From positions 45,244-109,243 of the IMG/VR virus record IMGVR_UViG_3300048687_000113: a stretch of 64,000 bases of DNA; one strand, 5' to 3'. Positions 17,104 to 26,778 of the stretch are shown one piece after another (position 1 is the first letter of the stretch; each line of letters opens with the position of its first letter). Under the pieces are notes generated by a model that was not told the origin of the DNA, ran no database searches, and was given only the letters and a program-made list of their open reading frames with translations. Both the position numbers and the translations under genes were made by a program. The stretch is from a virus.

Positions 17104-17322
17104 TCACGGGGCGAGGCGTTCGCGTACGGCCTGGAGGGTGGCCAGCGCCATGTCCCACTCGCCGAGGTCGTCGTCGAGGTGCTCGCCGGGGTTCTCGGCC
17201 ACGCGCATGCCGTATGCCCAGACGCTGACGGCGTACTCGCGGGCCGCGTCGGGTGCCATCTTGGCGATCCGCCGGCGGGCGTCGTTCAGGTACGGGTTGG
17301 GGGATTCTCGTCGGGTGAACAC
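17104..17322 (-). CDS. hypothetical protein
   Basis: GGAG RBS, GTG start; third gene of the KTSC operon. Confidence 0.6.
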   Translation of the reverse strand: MFTRRESPNPYLNDARRRIAKMAPDAAREYAVSVWAYGMRVAENPGEHLDDDLGEWDMALATLQAVRERLAP

Positions 17323-17591
17323 GCGGGCGTCTCCGGGGCGGTGCGGCGGTAGTTGGGCAGGAGCTGGCCGTCGGAGCCCAGGAGGGACGCTGGGCGGGCT
17401 CCCAGTGCCTGTGTGAGGGCCTGGTGCTCGTCGGGGGCGCGGGAGGTCCAGCGGCCGATGACGAGGCCGAGGGTGCCGATCCTGAAGACCGTGGCGGGAT
17501 CGGCCCGGCGGAAGGGCGGGCTGGTCTCCTGGAAGTAGGTGCGGTAGCGCCAGGGCCAGGTGCGTTGGCATCGAGTCGTTGTGATCAGCAT
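17286..17591 (-). CDS. hypothetical protein
   Basis: TAATG coupling to the KTSC gene; FQETSPPFRRA..VFRIG..GLVIGRW. Confidence 0.6.
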   Translation of the reverse strand: MLITTTRCQRTWPWRYRTYFQETSPPFRRADPATVFRIGTLGLVIGRWTSRAPDEHQALTQALGARPASLLGSDGQLLPNYRRTAPETPACSPDENPPTRT

Positions 17592-18127
17592 TACCAGGTC
17601 GCCGGTGTGTAGGGCTTTCCATTGAGGGTGGAATTGACGTAGCGGCCCGGCGACCAGTTGTCGCGGAACTTCGCCCACTCCTGCGGGGTGACGTTGTAGT
17701 ACTCGTAGCCGACCCCGTCCGCGTACTGCTCCGGCCCGGTGCGCTGTCCCCGGAAACGTACGAACAGCGTCTGGGACTCGGAGTCGTAGCCGGCCGCGAG
17801 GGTGCGCGGGCGCGGCGGGTAGCTCGTGTTGGTGGGGCGGGTGGTCAGGAGCTGCTCGTCGTCCCACAGCCAGTGCGCCCGGCGCAGCGCTTCGCGCCGC
17901 TCGGGGCTGAGGTTCTGGGAAGCCTCGTCGATCGCGGTGTTGATCTGATCGCGGGGGTAGGCCGGCTGGGTGTTGATCTGCCGGGCCCGGTTCGCGATCG
18001 GCGGCTCGACGCCGGCGCCGAAGTCCCGCTGCTCCGTTATGGTCCGGTACGGAGTTGTTCCGGCCTGGCCGCGATTCTGTGCGGCGCGGGGGTTCCGGTT
18101 TCCGATTCGCCTTCGCCTGGGCGGCAT
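17591..18127 (-). CDS. KTSC-domain protein
   Basis: AGYDSESQTLFVRF...YEYYNVTPQEWAKF...SPGRYVN; GAGGAGG RBS. Confidence 0.85.
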   Translation of the reverse strand: MPPRRRRIGNRNPRAAQNRGQAGTTPYRTITEQRDFGAGVEPPIANRARQINTQPAYPRDQINTAIDEASQNLSPERREALRRAHWLWDDEQLLTTRPTNTSYPPRPRTLAAGYDSESQTLFVRFRGQRTGPEQYADGVGYEYYNVTPQEWAKFRDNWSPGRYVNSTLNGKPYTPATW

Positions 18128-18192
18128 GAGAAAACCCTCCTCTGCTCGGTATCAAGACCGTAGGCAGGGAGGGTTTTTGCGCGATATTCGCG

Positions 18193-19212
18193 TTACGGCG
18201 CCTGCGTCTTCCAGTCGACGCCGTAAGGATTGCGGTGGGAGCCGGCCGGGAGACGGTCGGCGTTGCGGTAGCCGAGGGTGACGTCCAGGTCGTGGTGGTC
18301 GTAGTACGTCATGACGCGGTCGATGGACGGCTGGTTGGGGTCGACCAGGGACAGCGTGATCGAGGTCGCGCGGCCGTCGTGCGGCGAGATGTTGAAACCG
18401 CAGCGCTCGCCGGCCTGTTTGACCATGCGCCACAGCCCGGATGAGTCGAGACGCGTGTGCTCCAGCTCGCCCGTCTCCTTGTTCCGGGTGCGCCGGAGGG
18501 TGGACATGACGAGGGGGCCGCTGGTGCGCCCGTCGATCAACGCGTCGATCAGCGGGTTCAGCGGCTCGGGGATGTCGATGTCCTGCCAGCGGGCCTTCCC
18601 CTTGCGGCGCAGGTGCAGCATCCGGCCGCGCGGGACCCGGTAGAAGTTCTCGACGTCGATGCGCTCGACCTCCTCGCAGCGCACGCCGGGCCCGAAGAAG
18701 AAGGCGGTCGCGACGGCTGCCCGGATGGATTCCTCGCGGGCCGCTGCGACGACGTCGTAGATCTCCCACGGGAGCAGGATCATGCGCTTCTTGCGGGTGC
18801 GGGGGTCGAGCTTGATGCCCTTGACGGGGTTGGTGCCCCGGAGCTGGTGGACGATGGCGTACCCGAAGTAGCTGCTGAGCGCGTCGTACTTCGCCTTGAG
18901 GCTGGGGATCTCGTAGGGCAGGGAGCTGCACTCGCTCACGCAGGGCCCGGGGTGGTTGTCCCAGTGCTCGGACTTGAGGTAGTCGAAGTAGTCCTCCAGC
19001 TCCGCCAGGCCGGCCTCCTTGAGGACGTCGATGCCGGAGTAGTCGGTGTAGCGGGCCGCCCAGTCCATGAACAGGTCGGCGTATCGGCGGTACTTGCGGG
19101 CGGTCTCCCCACTGCTGTGGGTCTTCGCCCAGCGCTCGTCGAAGGTCTTCAGGTCGATTGCTGCGGTGCGGCTGCGGCGGTTGCGGTCGGCCCAGGCCGG
19201 CGTCGTGGACAT
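18193..19212 (-). CDS. tyrosine recombinase (integrase/Xer-like)
   Basis: GVRCEEV (R), RRKG (K), PHDGRAT (HxxR), YYDH, TLGY (Y); TAGGGT -10 box 6 nt before the ATG. Confidence 0.9.
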   Translation of the reverse strand: MSTTPAWADRNRRSRTAAIDLKTFDERWAKTHSSGETARKYRRYADLFMDWAARYTDYSGIDVLKEAGLAELEDYFDYLKSEHWDNHPGPCVSECSSLPYEIPSLKAKYDALSSYFGYAIVHQLRGTNPVKGIKLDPRTRKKRMILLPWEIYDVVAAAREESIRAAVATAFFFGPGVRCEEVERIDVENFYRVPRGRMLHLRRKGKARWQDIDIPEPLNPLIDALIDGRTSGPLVMSTLRRTRNKETGELEHTRLDSSGLWRMVKQAGERCGFNISPHDGRATSITLSLVDPNQPSIDRVMTYYDHHDLDVTLGYRNADRLPAGSHRNPYGVDWKTQAP

Positions 19213-19278
19213 GGGGGCACCCTAGACACACAACGCACAGGTAGTTGGTAGCTACCTTGCATTGTTACGAACGGTGGC

Positions 19279-19310
19279 ATTATTCGCCCCTATTTGCCCG
19301 ACTTTAGCTT
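19279..19310 (+). promoter_or_regulatory. ATTATT-N20-TAGCTT promoter; leaderless terminase mRNA
   Basis: Member of the 7-copy motif; ATG 6 nt after the -10 box. Confidence 0.7.
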
Positions 19311-19316
19311 CGGCGC

Positions 19317-20870
19317 ATGGGGACCCCGCTCGATGCCACTGACCACGAACTCACCCTCGGGCTGCCCGAGGAGACCGACACCGGACCCGACACCGCCGGC
19401 GCCGACCCGGCCGTGGTCTCCGACATCATCGACAAGATCGTCATCGTCATCGACGAGCTGAGCGGCCACCCGCTGCGCCCCTACCAACTCCCGTTTGCGC
19501 GCCGCATCCTGGAGTCCCTGATCATCGAGGACTCCGCGAAGCTCACCGCCCTGTGGTCGAGGCAGTCGGGCAAGTCGGAAACCGTGGCAGACGTGGTCGC
19601 CGGCGCGGCCATCATGCTCCCCCGCCTCGCGAAAGTTTTCCCGAAGCTGCTCGGCAAATTCCGCGAGGGCCTGTGGATCGGTGTATTCGCACCCACGGAC
19701 GAAATGTCGGAGACCTTGTTCTCCCGCATCGTCGGCCGCCTCACTTCCGAACGCGCCCAGGACATTCTTGCCGACCCGGAGATCGACGAAAAGCTGGTGG
19801 CCCGGGGAAAAGTCATTCGCCTCAAGCGCTGCGGCTCCCTGATCAGGAAACAAACCGCACACCCCAAAGCCATGATCGAGGGCCAGACATACCATCTCGT
19901 TGTTGTTGACGAGGCCCAGGCTGCCGACGACAAGGTACTCAACAAGTCCATTGCTCCAATGCTTTCCAGCACTGCTGGTCTAATCGTGATGACCGGGACC
20001 CCGACCTATACGAAATCCGGGTTCTACGAGCAGATCCAGCAGAACCGGCGGAACGCCAACCGCAAGGGCCGCAAGCAGGACCACTTCCAAGTCGACTGGA
20101 AGCTGGTGTCCAAGCACGTCCCCCGGTACAAGAAATTTGTACAGAGCGAGATGGACCGGCTCGGCGAGGACAGTGACGAGTTCAAGCTCTCGTACCGGTT
20201 GGTCTGGCTCCTGGACAAGGGCATGCTCGTCACTTCCGACCGCTTCGACGCGCTCGGCGACACATCCATGCGTGTCGTCCAGGAATGGCACCGCTCCCCC
20301 GTCGTCGTCGGAATCGACCCCGCCCGCAAAACCGACTCCACCATCGTCACCGTCTGCTGGGTAAATTGGGATTATCCCGACGAGTACGGCAACTATGAGC
20401 ATCGCGTGCTGAACTGGCTGGATCTCCAGGGGATGGACTGGGAGAGCCAGTACTACCGCATCGTCGAATTCCTCAACCACTACTCCGTGTTCGCGATAGG
20501 CATCGACTCCGGCGGCCTCGGCGACGTCGTCGCAAGCCGGCTGCGGGTCCTCATGCCCTACGCCGAAATCGTCGACCTCAAGTCCGACCGCACCGCCCAG
20601 ACCAAGAGGTGGGCGCACATGATGGACCTCATGTCCAAGGGCCTCGTCGTCTGGCCGGCGCACGCGAAGACACGGCAGACGAAGACCTGGCGGAAATTTC
20701 GCCAGCAGATGGAGGACGCCGAACTCAATTACCAGGGTCCGCACATCATCGTCGCCGCTCCCGAGGTCGACGCGGCCCATGACGACTATGTCGACTCGCT
20801 CTCCAACGCGCTGTACCTGACTGCCGACCTCACCATGCCCGAGGTCGAAATGCACAACAGCCCCTGGTAG
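19317..20870 (+). CDS. terL: terminase large subunit
   Basis: SRQSGKSE Walker A, VVVDEAQ Walker B, TGTP motif III, VGIDPA nuclease, HDDYVDSL. Confidence 0.95.
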   Translation: MGTPLDATDHELTLGLPEETDTGPDTAGADPAVVSDIIDKIVIVIDELSGHPLRPYQLPFARRILESLIIEDSAKLTALWSRQSGKSETVADVVAGAAIMLPRLAKVFPKLLGKFREGLWIGVFAPTDEMSETLFSRIVGRLTSERAQDILADPEIDEKLVARGKVIRLKRCGSLIRKQTAHPKAMIEGQTYHLVVVDEAQAADDKVLNKSIAPMLSSTAGLIVMTGTPTYTKSGFYEQIQQNRRNANRKGRKQDHFQVDWKLVSKHVPRYKKFVQSEMDRLGEDSDEFKLSYRLVWLLDKGMLVTSDRFDALGDTSMRVVQEWHRSPVVVGIDPARKTDSTIVTVCWVNWDYPDEYGNYEHRVLNWLDLQGMDWESQYYRIVEFLNHYSVFAIGIDSGGLGDVVASRLRVLMPYAEIVDLKSDRTAQTKRWAHMMDLMSKGLVVWPAHAKTRQTKTWRKFRQQMEDAELNYQGPHIIVAAPEVDAAHDDYVDSLSNALYLTADLTMPEVEMHNSPW

Positions 20871-20938
20871 CCATTAACGGGCCGGAAAACCGCGCCTTTA
20901 GCGTCCTGGTGAGACGTCTCAATCATTGGAGGCACACC

Positions 20939-21334
20939 ATGGCGAACAGCCCCCTCGCTCCGGACCCTGAATTCCAGGAGTCCAGCGACCGCTTCTACGA
21001 GACGAAGCACGCGCAGAACACGTCCCGGCGCGGCCCCCTTCGCTTCCAGGAAGGCGTCAGCACGGACACCGACATCCCGACCGAGTTCGGGACCGGCATC
21101 ATGCAGGGCTACCGCACGCCGGCCGGCCGGATGAATCACAACAGCAACGTCTTCGAAAAGAGCGCTGAGGAGACGATGCGCGAGCGCGCCCACGTCGGGA
21201 GCGCGAGCTGGCCCGAGGCGCCGACTTTCATCTCCGCAATGGCCCAGGGCGCGTCCGAGCCCGAGCAGTCCTACGCCCAGGTCGACCGGGGCGAGGGCCG
21301 CTCCCAGCGCCGGAACTACGCCCGGGTGGACTGA
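20939..21334 (+). CDS. conserved head-region hypothetical protein
   Basis: GGAGG RBS; follows ATTAAC-N20-TAGCGT. Confidence 0.75.
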   Translation: MANSPLAPDPEFQESSDRFYETKHAQNTSRRGPLRFQEGVSTDTDIPTEFGTGIMQGYRTPAGRMNHNSNVFEKSAEETMRERAHVGSASWPEAPTFISAMAQGASEPEQSYAQVDRGEGRSQRRNYARVD

Positions 21335-21337
21335 GCT

Positions 21338-22042
21338 TTGACCAATCCCGGACAGTCCACACCCTGGGGAAAGATCCCCATCCCCAGCGAGGGGAAGTCC
21401 CCGGACGTCCCCGTGGACCTGGCGGCCATCGCCGACCCGATCGACACCCTGCTCAGGAATGTCATCGGCGGGGCGACGGCTCCGACCGGGCCGCTCAGCC
21501 CCACCCTCACCGAGGCGTCCGCATCCATCGGCGGGCTGAACTCCACGCAGTCCAGCCAGCAAGCGGCCATCACCACCATGCAGGGCCAGATCGCGGCCCT
21601 GAGCGCCGCGCCCTGGGCGGTGGGCACCTCCCGAACGAGCGCGTTCTCTCTGGCCGGCAACGTGAAGACGCCGACCCTCGTGCACTCCTACCAGGTGCCG
21701 GCGTTCACCCAGCGCCGGCTCCTGATCGCCTGGGCCAACATCGCGGTCGGCTGGAAAGACAGCACGACGTCCGCCGTGCGCGCCCGCCTCCAGGTCCAGG
21801 CCGACGGCGCGAGCACCTACGTCGACCGCAACCAGCACATCCAGACCGGTGTCGAGCAGTCCCACACCCTCTTTTTCACCGAGACCGTCGAGGCCGGCAA
21901 GTCGGTGCGCGTGGGCCTGTCGATCGACGTCTACGGCGCGGCCACCTCCTCCAAAACAGTCCAGACCCAGGAGGTCGACCCCCGCATCTACCTCATCGCC
22001 CTGCCCTGGTCCGGGTCCGCCGTGTCTTCCCTCGCCGTCTGA
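21338..22042 (+). CDS. putative virion structural protein
   Basis: Beta-rich ORF between terminase and portal; TTG start. Confidence 0.65.
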   Translation: MTNPGQSTPWGKIPIPSEGKSPDVPVDLAAIADPIDTLLRNVIGGATAPTGPLSPTLTEASASIGGLNSTQSSQQAAITTMQGQIAALSAAPWAVGTSRTSAFSLAGNVKTPTLVHSYQVPAFTQRRLLIAWANIAVGWKDSTTSAVRARLQVQADGASTYVDRNQHIQTGVEQSHTLFFTETVEAGKSVRVGLSIDVYGAATSSKTVQTQEVDPRIYLIALPWSGSAVSSLAV

Positions 22043-22078
22043 CCCCACTACCCCGAGCTGCCGATTGGAGGTGATGCC

Positions 22079-23793
22079 ATGTCGATCGCCTTTGCTTCCC
22101 CCAGCATGCGAGCTGCCGCCAGTGACCTGACCATCTCGGTCAGTCCGCTCGGCCTCGTCGAGCTGGCGGACGAGGAGTTCGAATTAGCGAGGTCCACGGT
22201 CCTCGTCTGACCCGCTATTCGAACCACTGGGCCTGGTACCTCGGCTACCACTGGGCCTATAAGCGTGAGGCCGGCGAGCCCAACGTCACCATCAACTACA
22301 CCGGAGCATTGAGCCGGTACATCACCAACTTCACGTTCGGCAGAGGCGTTCACTTCCAGACCGAGAAGAAGTACGAGCACATCGTGCCCGCACTCCTGGA
22401 GCGGGTCTGGAGCGTCGACAATGACAAGAAGAACACCCTCTGGCAGATGGGCGAGAACGGTTCCGTAGCCGGGGACTGTTTCGTGAAGGTGGCCTACGAA
22501 CCCGCCTGGAGCGATACGGCTGGCAACACGCACCCCGGGCGCGTGCGCATTTTGCCGCTCAACGCTGCACAGTGCTTTCCGGAATACCATCCGCACGACC
22601 GTGATCGTTTGCTCAGGTTCAAGATCCGCTACAAATTCTGGGGCACCTCCCTAGAAGGGACGCGTGCCGTATACACGTACACGGAGATCATTACCGATGA
22701 ATACATTGAAGAATATGTAAATGATGAACTCCTCGACGCGCGAGAGAACCCCCTGGGAACCATCCCGGTGGTGCACATCCGGAACATCTCCATATCCGGC
22801 TCCCCCTGGGGCCTGTCGGACATCGCCGACCTGATCCCGCTGAATCGCGAGTACAACGAGAAGTGCACCGAGATCAGCGACATCGTGAATTATCACGCGG
22901 CGCCCGTCACGATTATCACCGGTGCGAAAGCGAGTCACCTTGAGAAGGGGGCCCGGAAAATCTGGGGCGGCCTCCCCAAGGATGCGAACGTTTTCAATCT
23001 GGAGAACGGCGTCGACCTCAACGGTCCGCTGCAATACCTGGAGCTGATCAAGCGCTCCATGCACGAGCTGACCGGCGTCCCCGAGACGGCCCTGGGCCAA
23101 GCCCAACCGATCTCGAATACGTCAGGAGTGGCTCTGGCAATTCTCTACCAGCCACTCATGTCCAGGTACTCCCTGAAGCAGACCAACTACACGGCCGGCC
23201 TGCGCCGGATCAACGAACTTGTACTGCGCACACTCTTCCTCTACGAGCCCGAGTGCCGCATCTACGACCCCAGCACCCAGGGAATTCGGGTATCCGACGA
23301 ACAGCCCCTCGTCATCGACCCGCGCGACCCCGAGGTGTACGACACCACCGTGGACTGGCCCCCGCCGCTCCCGGTGGACGTCCTGGTCAAGCTGAATGAA
23401 GTCCAAGCGAAGCTCGCCCTGGGCCTGGAGTCCAAGCGGGGAGCCCTGCGCGATCTCGGGGAGACCTTCCCCGGAGAAAAAATGCAGGAAATCTTCGACG
23501 AGCGACTCACCGAGGCCAAGGAAGACGGCGCGCTCGAATATATCAAGGCACAAATCGCCAGCACTATCTTGCGAACTACGGGATTGCCGCCGGAAGGCGT
23601 GGAAAGCCCACCCCCTGCACCGGCCGCTTCCGGCTCCAAGGAGTCCGGAAATACCGGAGCGACAAGCGCCGGCCCCTTTCCCGGAGTACCGGGAGTGGGG
23701 CAGGGCAAAGACACCGACTCGGTCCTCAGTGAACTCGTGACGCTGTCGCAGGGCACGAAATTGGCCCAGCGACGGAACCCGGAAAACGACTGA
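22079..23793 (+). CDS. portal protein (SPP1 gp6-like), reading frame interrupted at 22181-22191 (candidate translational bypass)
   Basis: GGAGGTG RBS and ATG at 22079. Frame 0 stops at TGA 22208-22210. The -1 frame from GAG 22189 runs to 23793 with NPLGTIPVVH, WGLSDI and NTSGVAL portal motifs. Confidence 0.9.
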
Positions 23794-23853
23794 ACCGTCC
23801 GCCGCTCATCCCTACTCGCATCCGGCGGCCCCACCAGCCTGGAGTGAACCACC

Positions 23854-24693
23854 GTGGCAACAAACCCCGCGCCCAACGGCCCGACAGAGACCGACCCCGG
23901 CACGCCGGCCGGCCCCGCCACCGGCACCGCCGTCACCCCCGAGGGGACGGTCACCGTCCAGGACCCGCCCAAGCAGCCCGAGCAGCAGTCGCAGGCCGGC
24001 CAGGAGTCCCGCTTCACAGCGGCCGACCTGGAGCGTGTCCGCCAGGAGGAGAAGGACAAGCTCTACGGCCGCCTCTCCAAGGTGGACGAGCGGTCGGAAG
24101 CCCTGGAGGCGGAGCTGAAGGAGCTTCGCGAGGAGCGCCAGGCCCGCGAAGCCGAGGAGGCCCAGCGCCAGCAGTCCGAGGCGGACGAGGCCAAGCAGAA
24201 GGCCGAGGCCGAGATGAGCGCGAAGAAGCTCCTCCAGGAACGCTCTTCGGAGTGGGAGAAGCGCTTCGAGCAGATCGAGCGGGAGCGGGAGCAGGAGCGG
24301 GCAGCGCTCGCGAAGGAGAGCGAGTACAACCGGCTGCGCGCCTACATTCAGGAGCGTGCCGGCGCGGAGCGCGACAGCATTGCTCCGGAACTTGTGGACC
24401 TCATTGCCGGGAACTCTCCGGAAGAGGTCGACGCGTCCATTGAGATGCTCAAGGACAAGACGCAGGCAATCTTCCAGTCCGTTCAGTCGGCCCAGGAGAC
24501 TGCGCGTTCGCAGATGCGCGGTGTGGCCGCCACCGGGTACACCGGGAACGGCCCGACTGACGGCGACGGCGGCTCTCGTCAGCTTTCTGCGGACGACATC
24601 AAGAACATGCCGATGGCCGAGTTTGCGAAGTATCGGAACCAGCTTCTCGGCGCCGCCGCACAGAAGACGAACAATCGCGGCCTCTTCGACTGA
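23854..24693 (+). CDS. capsid scaffolding protein
   Basis: Acidic coiled coil between portal and capsid; C-terminal IKNMPMAEFAKYRNQLL. Confidence 0.85.
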   Translation: MATNPAPNGPTETDPGTPAGPATGTAVTPEGTVTVQDPPKQPEQQSQAGQESRFTAADLERVRQEEKDKLYGRLSKVDERSEALEAELKELREERQAREAEEAQRQQSEADEAKQKAEAEMSAKKLLQERSSEWEKRFEQIEREREQERAALAKESEYNRLRAYIQERAGAERDSIAPELVDLIAGNSPEEVDASIEMLKDKTQAIFQSVQSAQETARSQMRGVAATGYTGNGPTDGDGGSRQLSADDIKNMPMAEFAKYRNQLLGAAAQKTNNRGLFD

Positions 24694-24775
24694 CCGCGTC
24701 CACCCTGAAAAGTAGCCATACCGCCTCTCGTTCCCATTCATCTCGGCGGGCCCGTCACGGGATGAGAGGTACAAC

Positions 24776-25918
24776 GTGGCAAGCGGAATCACCGGTACTC
24801 CGGTTCTGTCCCCCACTCCGACCGCCTACCAGGCGGCCAACTCCAGCATGCTCACGCCGGCCATTCAGCATATCTGGAGCAAAGAAATCCTGTTTCAGGC
24901 GATGCCGGTGCTTCGCTTCGAACAATTCATGGTCAAGAAGACCGAGCTTGGTACTGCTCCCGGCCTTTCGGTGTCGTTTATGCGGTACCGCTCGCTGGAC
25001 GGAGCGCAGCAGCTCGTCGAGGGCGTCCGCATGGAAACTCATGCGCTTTCCGCCGAGCAGATCACCATTACCGTGGCGGAGCACGGCTTTGCCATTGCAG
25101 TGACGGAACTCCTGCTCAATGCGAGCTTCGACGACGTGATGGCGTCCGGCGCGCGCCTCCTCGGCCGCAACATGGCCACCTACCTGGACTCGATGTGCCG
25201 GGACACGCTGCTCGGGGCTCCGTCGGTTCTGTATGGGTATGACAAGCTCGCGTCGTGGTCGGCTGGTGCCGCGCGGACGCCGCTGTCGCCGTACGACCGT
25301 GGCATGTTTGCAGACAGCGAGGCCACGATGGCTGCAAACGGCGGCTTTCACTTCACGTCTGCGCTGGTCAAGGACGCAGTCGAGACCCTGGCGACGAAGA
25401 ACGTGCCCCGATTGGGTGAAACGTACGTTGCATTCGTACATCCTCACCAAAGCCGCCGGCTCCGCGATGATCCCGAGTTCATCGAGGTGACAAAGTATGC
25501 GGCTCCCGGCAACTTTATGCTGGGAGAAATCGGACGTCTGAACGATGTCGTCTTCATCGAGACAACTCAGGTCTTCCAGGGCAATACGAACCAGCCGGCG
25601 ACCCCGCAGCTCGGCACGAACATCGCCCAGGGCGGCGCCCAGAGCTGGGGCGGACAGCCGGCCCGCAGCGCTTCCGGATCGGCTCCGGCAATTCCTGCCG
25701 TGAACGCTCAGCCGTCGAATCCGAGCGCCCCGTCCAACCCGATCTACCGTGCGCTCGTAATTGGCGACAATGCGGCCGGCCACGCCATTTCCCTCCCTGT
25801 CGAACTAAGGGATGGGGGTGTGCTCGATTTCGGCCGCGAGCATGCGCTTGCATGGTACAGCATTTGGGGACTCGGGCTGATCACGGACTACGCCGTGGTC
25901 CAGTGCGCGACGAACTGA
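24776..25918 (+). CDS. major capsid protein (N4-gp56-like)
   Basis: WSKEILFQAMPVLRFEQF, EHGFA, YVAFVHP, GEIGRL..V.FIET, DFGREHALAWY. Confidence 0.92.
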   Translation: MASGITGTPVLSPTPTAYQAANSSMLTPAIQHIWSKEILFQAMPVLRFEQFMVKKTELGTAPGLSVSFMRYRSLDGAQQLVEGVRMETHALSAEQITITVAEHGFAIAVTELLLNASFDDVMASGARLLGRNMATYLDSMCRDTLLGAPSVLYGYDKLASWSAGAARTPLSPYDRGMFADSEATMAANGGFHFTSALVKDAVETLATKNVPRLGETYVAFVHPHQSRRLRDDPEFIEVTKYAAPGNFMLGEIGRLNDVVFIETTQVFQGNTNQPATPQLGTNIAQGGAQSWGGQPARSASGSAPAIPAVNAQPSNPSAPSNPIYRALVIGDNAAGHAISLPVELRDGGVLDFGREHALAWYSIWGLGLITDYAVVQCATN

Positions 25919-25932
25919 CCCACCCGCAGAAA

Positions 25933-25963
25933 AGGGCGGTGGCGTCATTTTCGTCACCGCCCC
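25933..25963 (+). terminator. stem-loop after the capsid gene
   Basis: gggcggtggcg-tcatttt-cgtcaccgccc. Confidence 0.65.
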
Positions 25964-25996
25964 GAATTCAGTATCCGATTCGCTAGGAGAACACTC

Positions 25997-26383
25997 ATGC
26001 CCGCCAATCCGCGCACCAAGCGGAACCCGAAGGATCACACCGGGAACAAGAAGGCAGCCCTCGCCGAGCAGCACGCCGAAGACCTTGCCAAGCGCAAGGA
26101 CGAACTGGCGATGGACCACCAGGCGCAGAAGGCCGGCTTGGACGAGCCGATCGCCCTCGACGACAAGGGCCGGACGCTTCAGAACGTGTCCGAGGAAGCG
26201 GCCGAGGAAGGCCCGGTCGAGATCCCCCCGGAGACCGTGAATATCCGTATCGCGTGCGATCTGGAGAAAGTCACGATCGGGCAGGGCACTGCATTCGATT
26301 TCAAGGAGGGCCAGGTGTACACCGTGCCGCTTCACGTGGCTCAGCACCTGGACCGCCTCGGCTACGTGTGGCAGTGGCTCTGA
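25997..26383 (+). CDS. hypothetical head-associated protein
   Basis: AGGAG RBS; FKEGQVYTVP..VAQHL..LGY. Confidence 0.7.
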   Translation: MPANPRTKRNPKDHTGNKKAALAEQHAEDLAKRKDELAMDHQAQKAGLDEPIALDDKGRTLQNVSEEAAEEGPVEIPPETVNIRIACDLEKVTIGQGTAFDFKEGQVYTVPLHVAQHLDRLGYVWQWL

Positions 26384-26400
26384 CGGAAGGGAAGTGCCCG

Positions 26401-26778
26401 ATGGAGGCGCCCACGAGTCTCAAGGACTCCGGCATTGCCCCTGAGAAGGGCAACTGGTACGCCCTGCTTTCCGACCACGGCGACGGCGTCGGGATGCTCA
26501 CGCGCTCCTACCACTACACGAGCCCGAGCGGCGAGGAGTACCCGGACAGTGTCCGGCAGCTCTACGTCCTGGAGGTCGTCGAGCCGGCGACGTACGGCGT
26601 CGGCTACAGCACCGAGGATTCGGTGCTGTGCATGTGGCTGGCCTCTCCGACCCCGGGACGGATCGCGGTCCACCATCTGTCGCTCCCCGTCAGCCAGTTC
26701 ACCGAGCTGGTCACCGAGGGCGCTGAGCCACCCGAGTACGAAGACCTCCGGGTGCAACAGGCCGGCGGTGACCTCTGA
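26401..26778 (+). CDS. hypothetical protein
   Basis: GGAAGGGAAG upstream; coupled to the next gene. Confidence 0.65.
   Translation: MEAPTSLKDSGIAPEKGNWYALLSDHGDGVGMLTRSYHYTSPSGEEYPDSVRQLYVLEVVEPATYGVGYSTEDSVLCMWLASPTPGRIAVHHLSLPVSQFTELVTEGAEPPEYEDLRVQQAGGDL

Noticed and set aside
22309-23793. Portal starting at TTG 22309
   Set aside because: The reading frame is protein-like from 22189, and the strong RBS and ATG are at 22079. A plain pseudogene reading is not excluded but is less favoured given the matched-codon/TTA geometry and intact neighbours.
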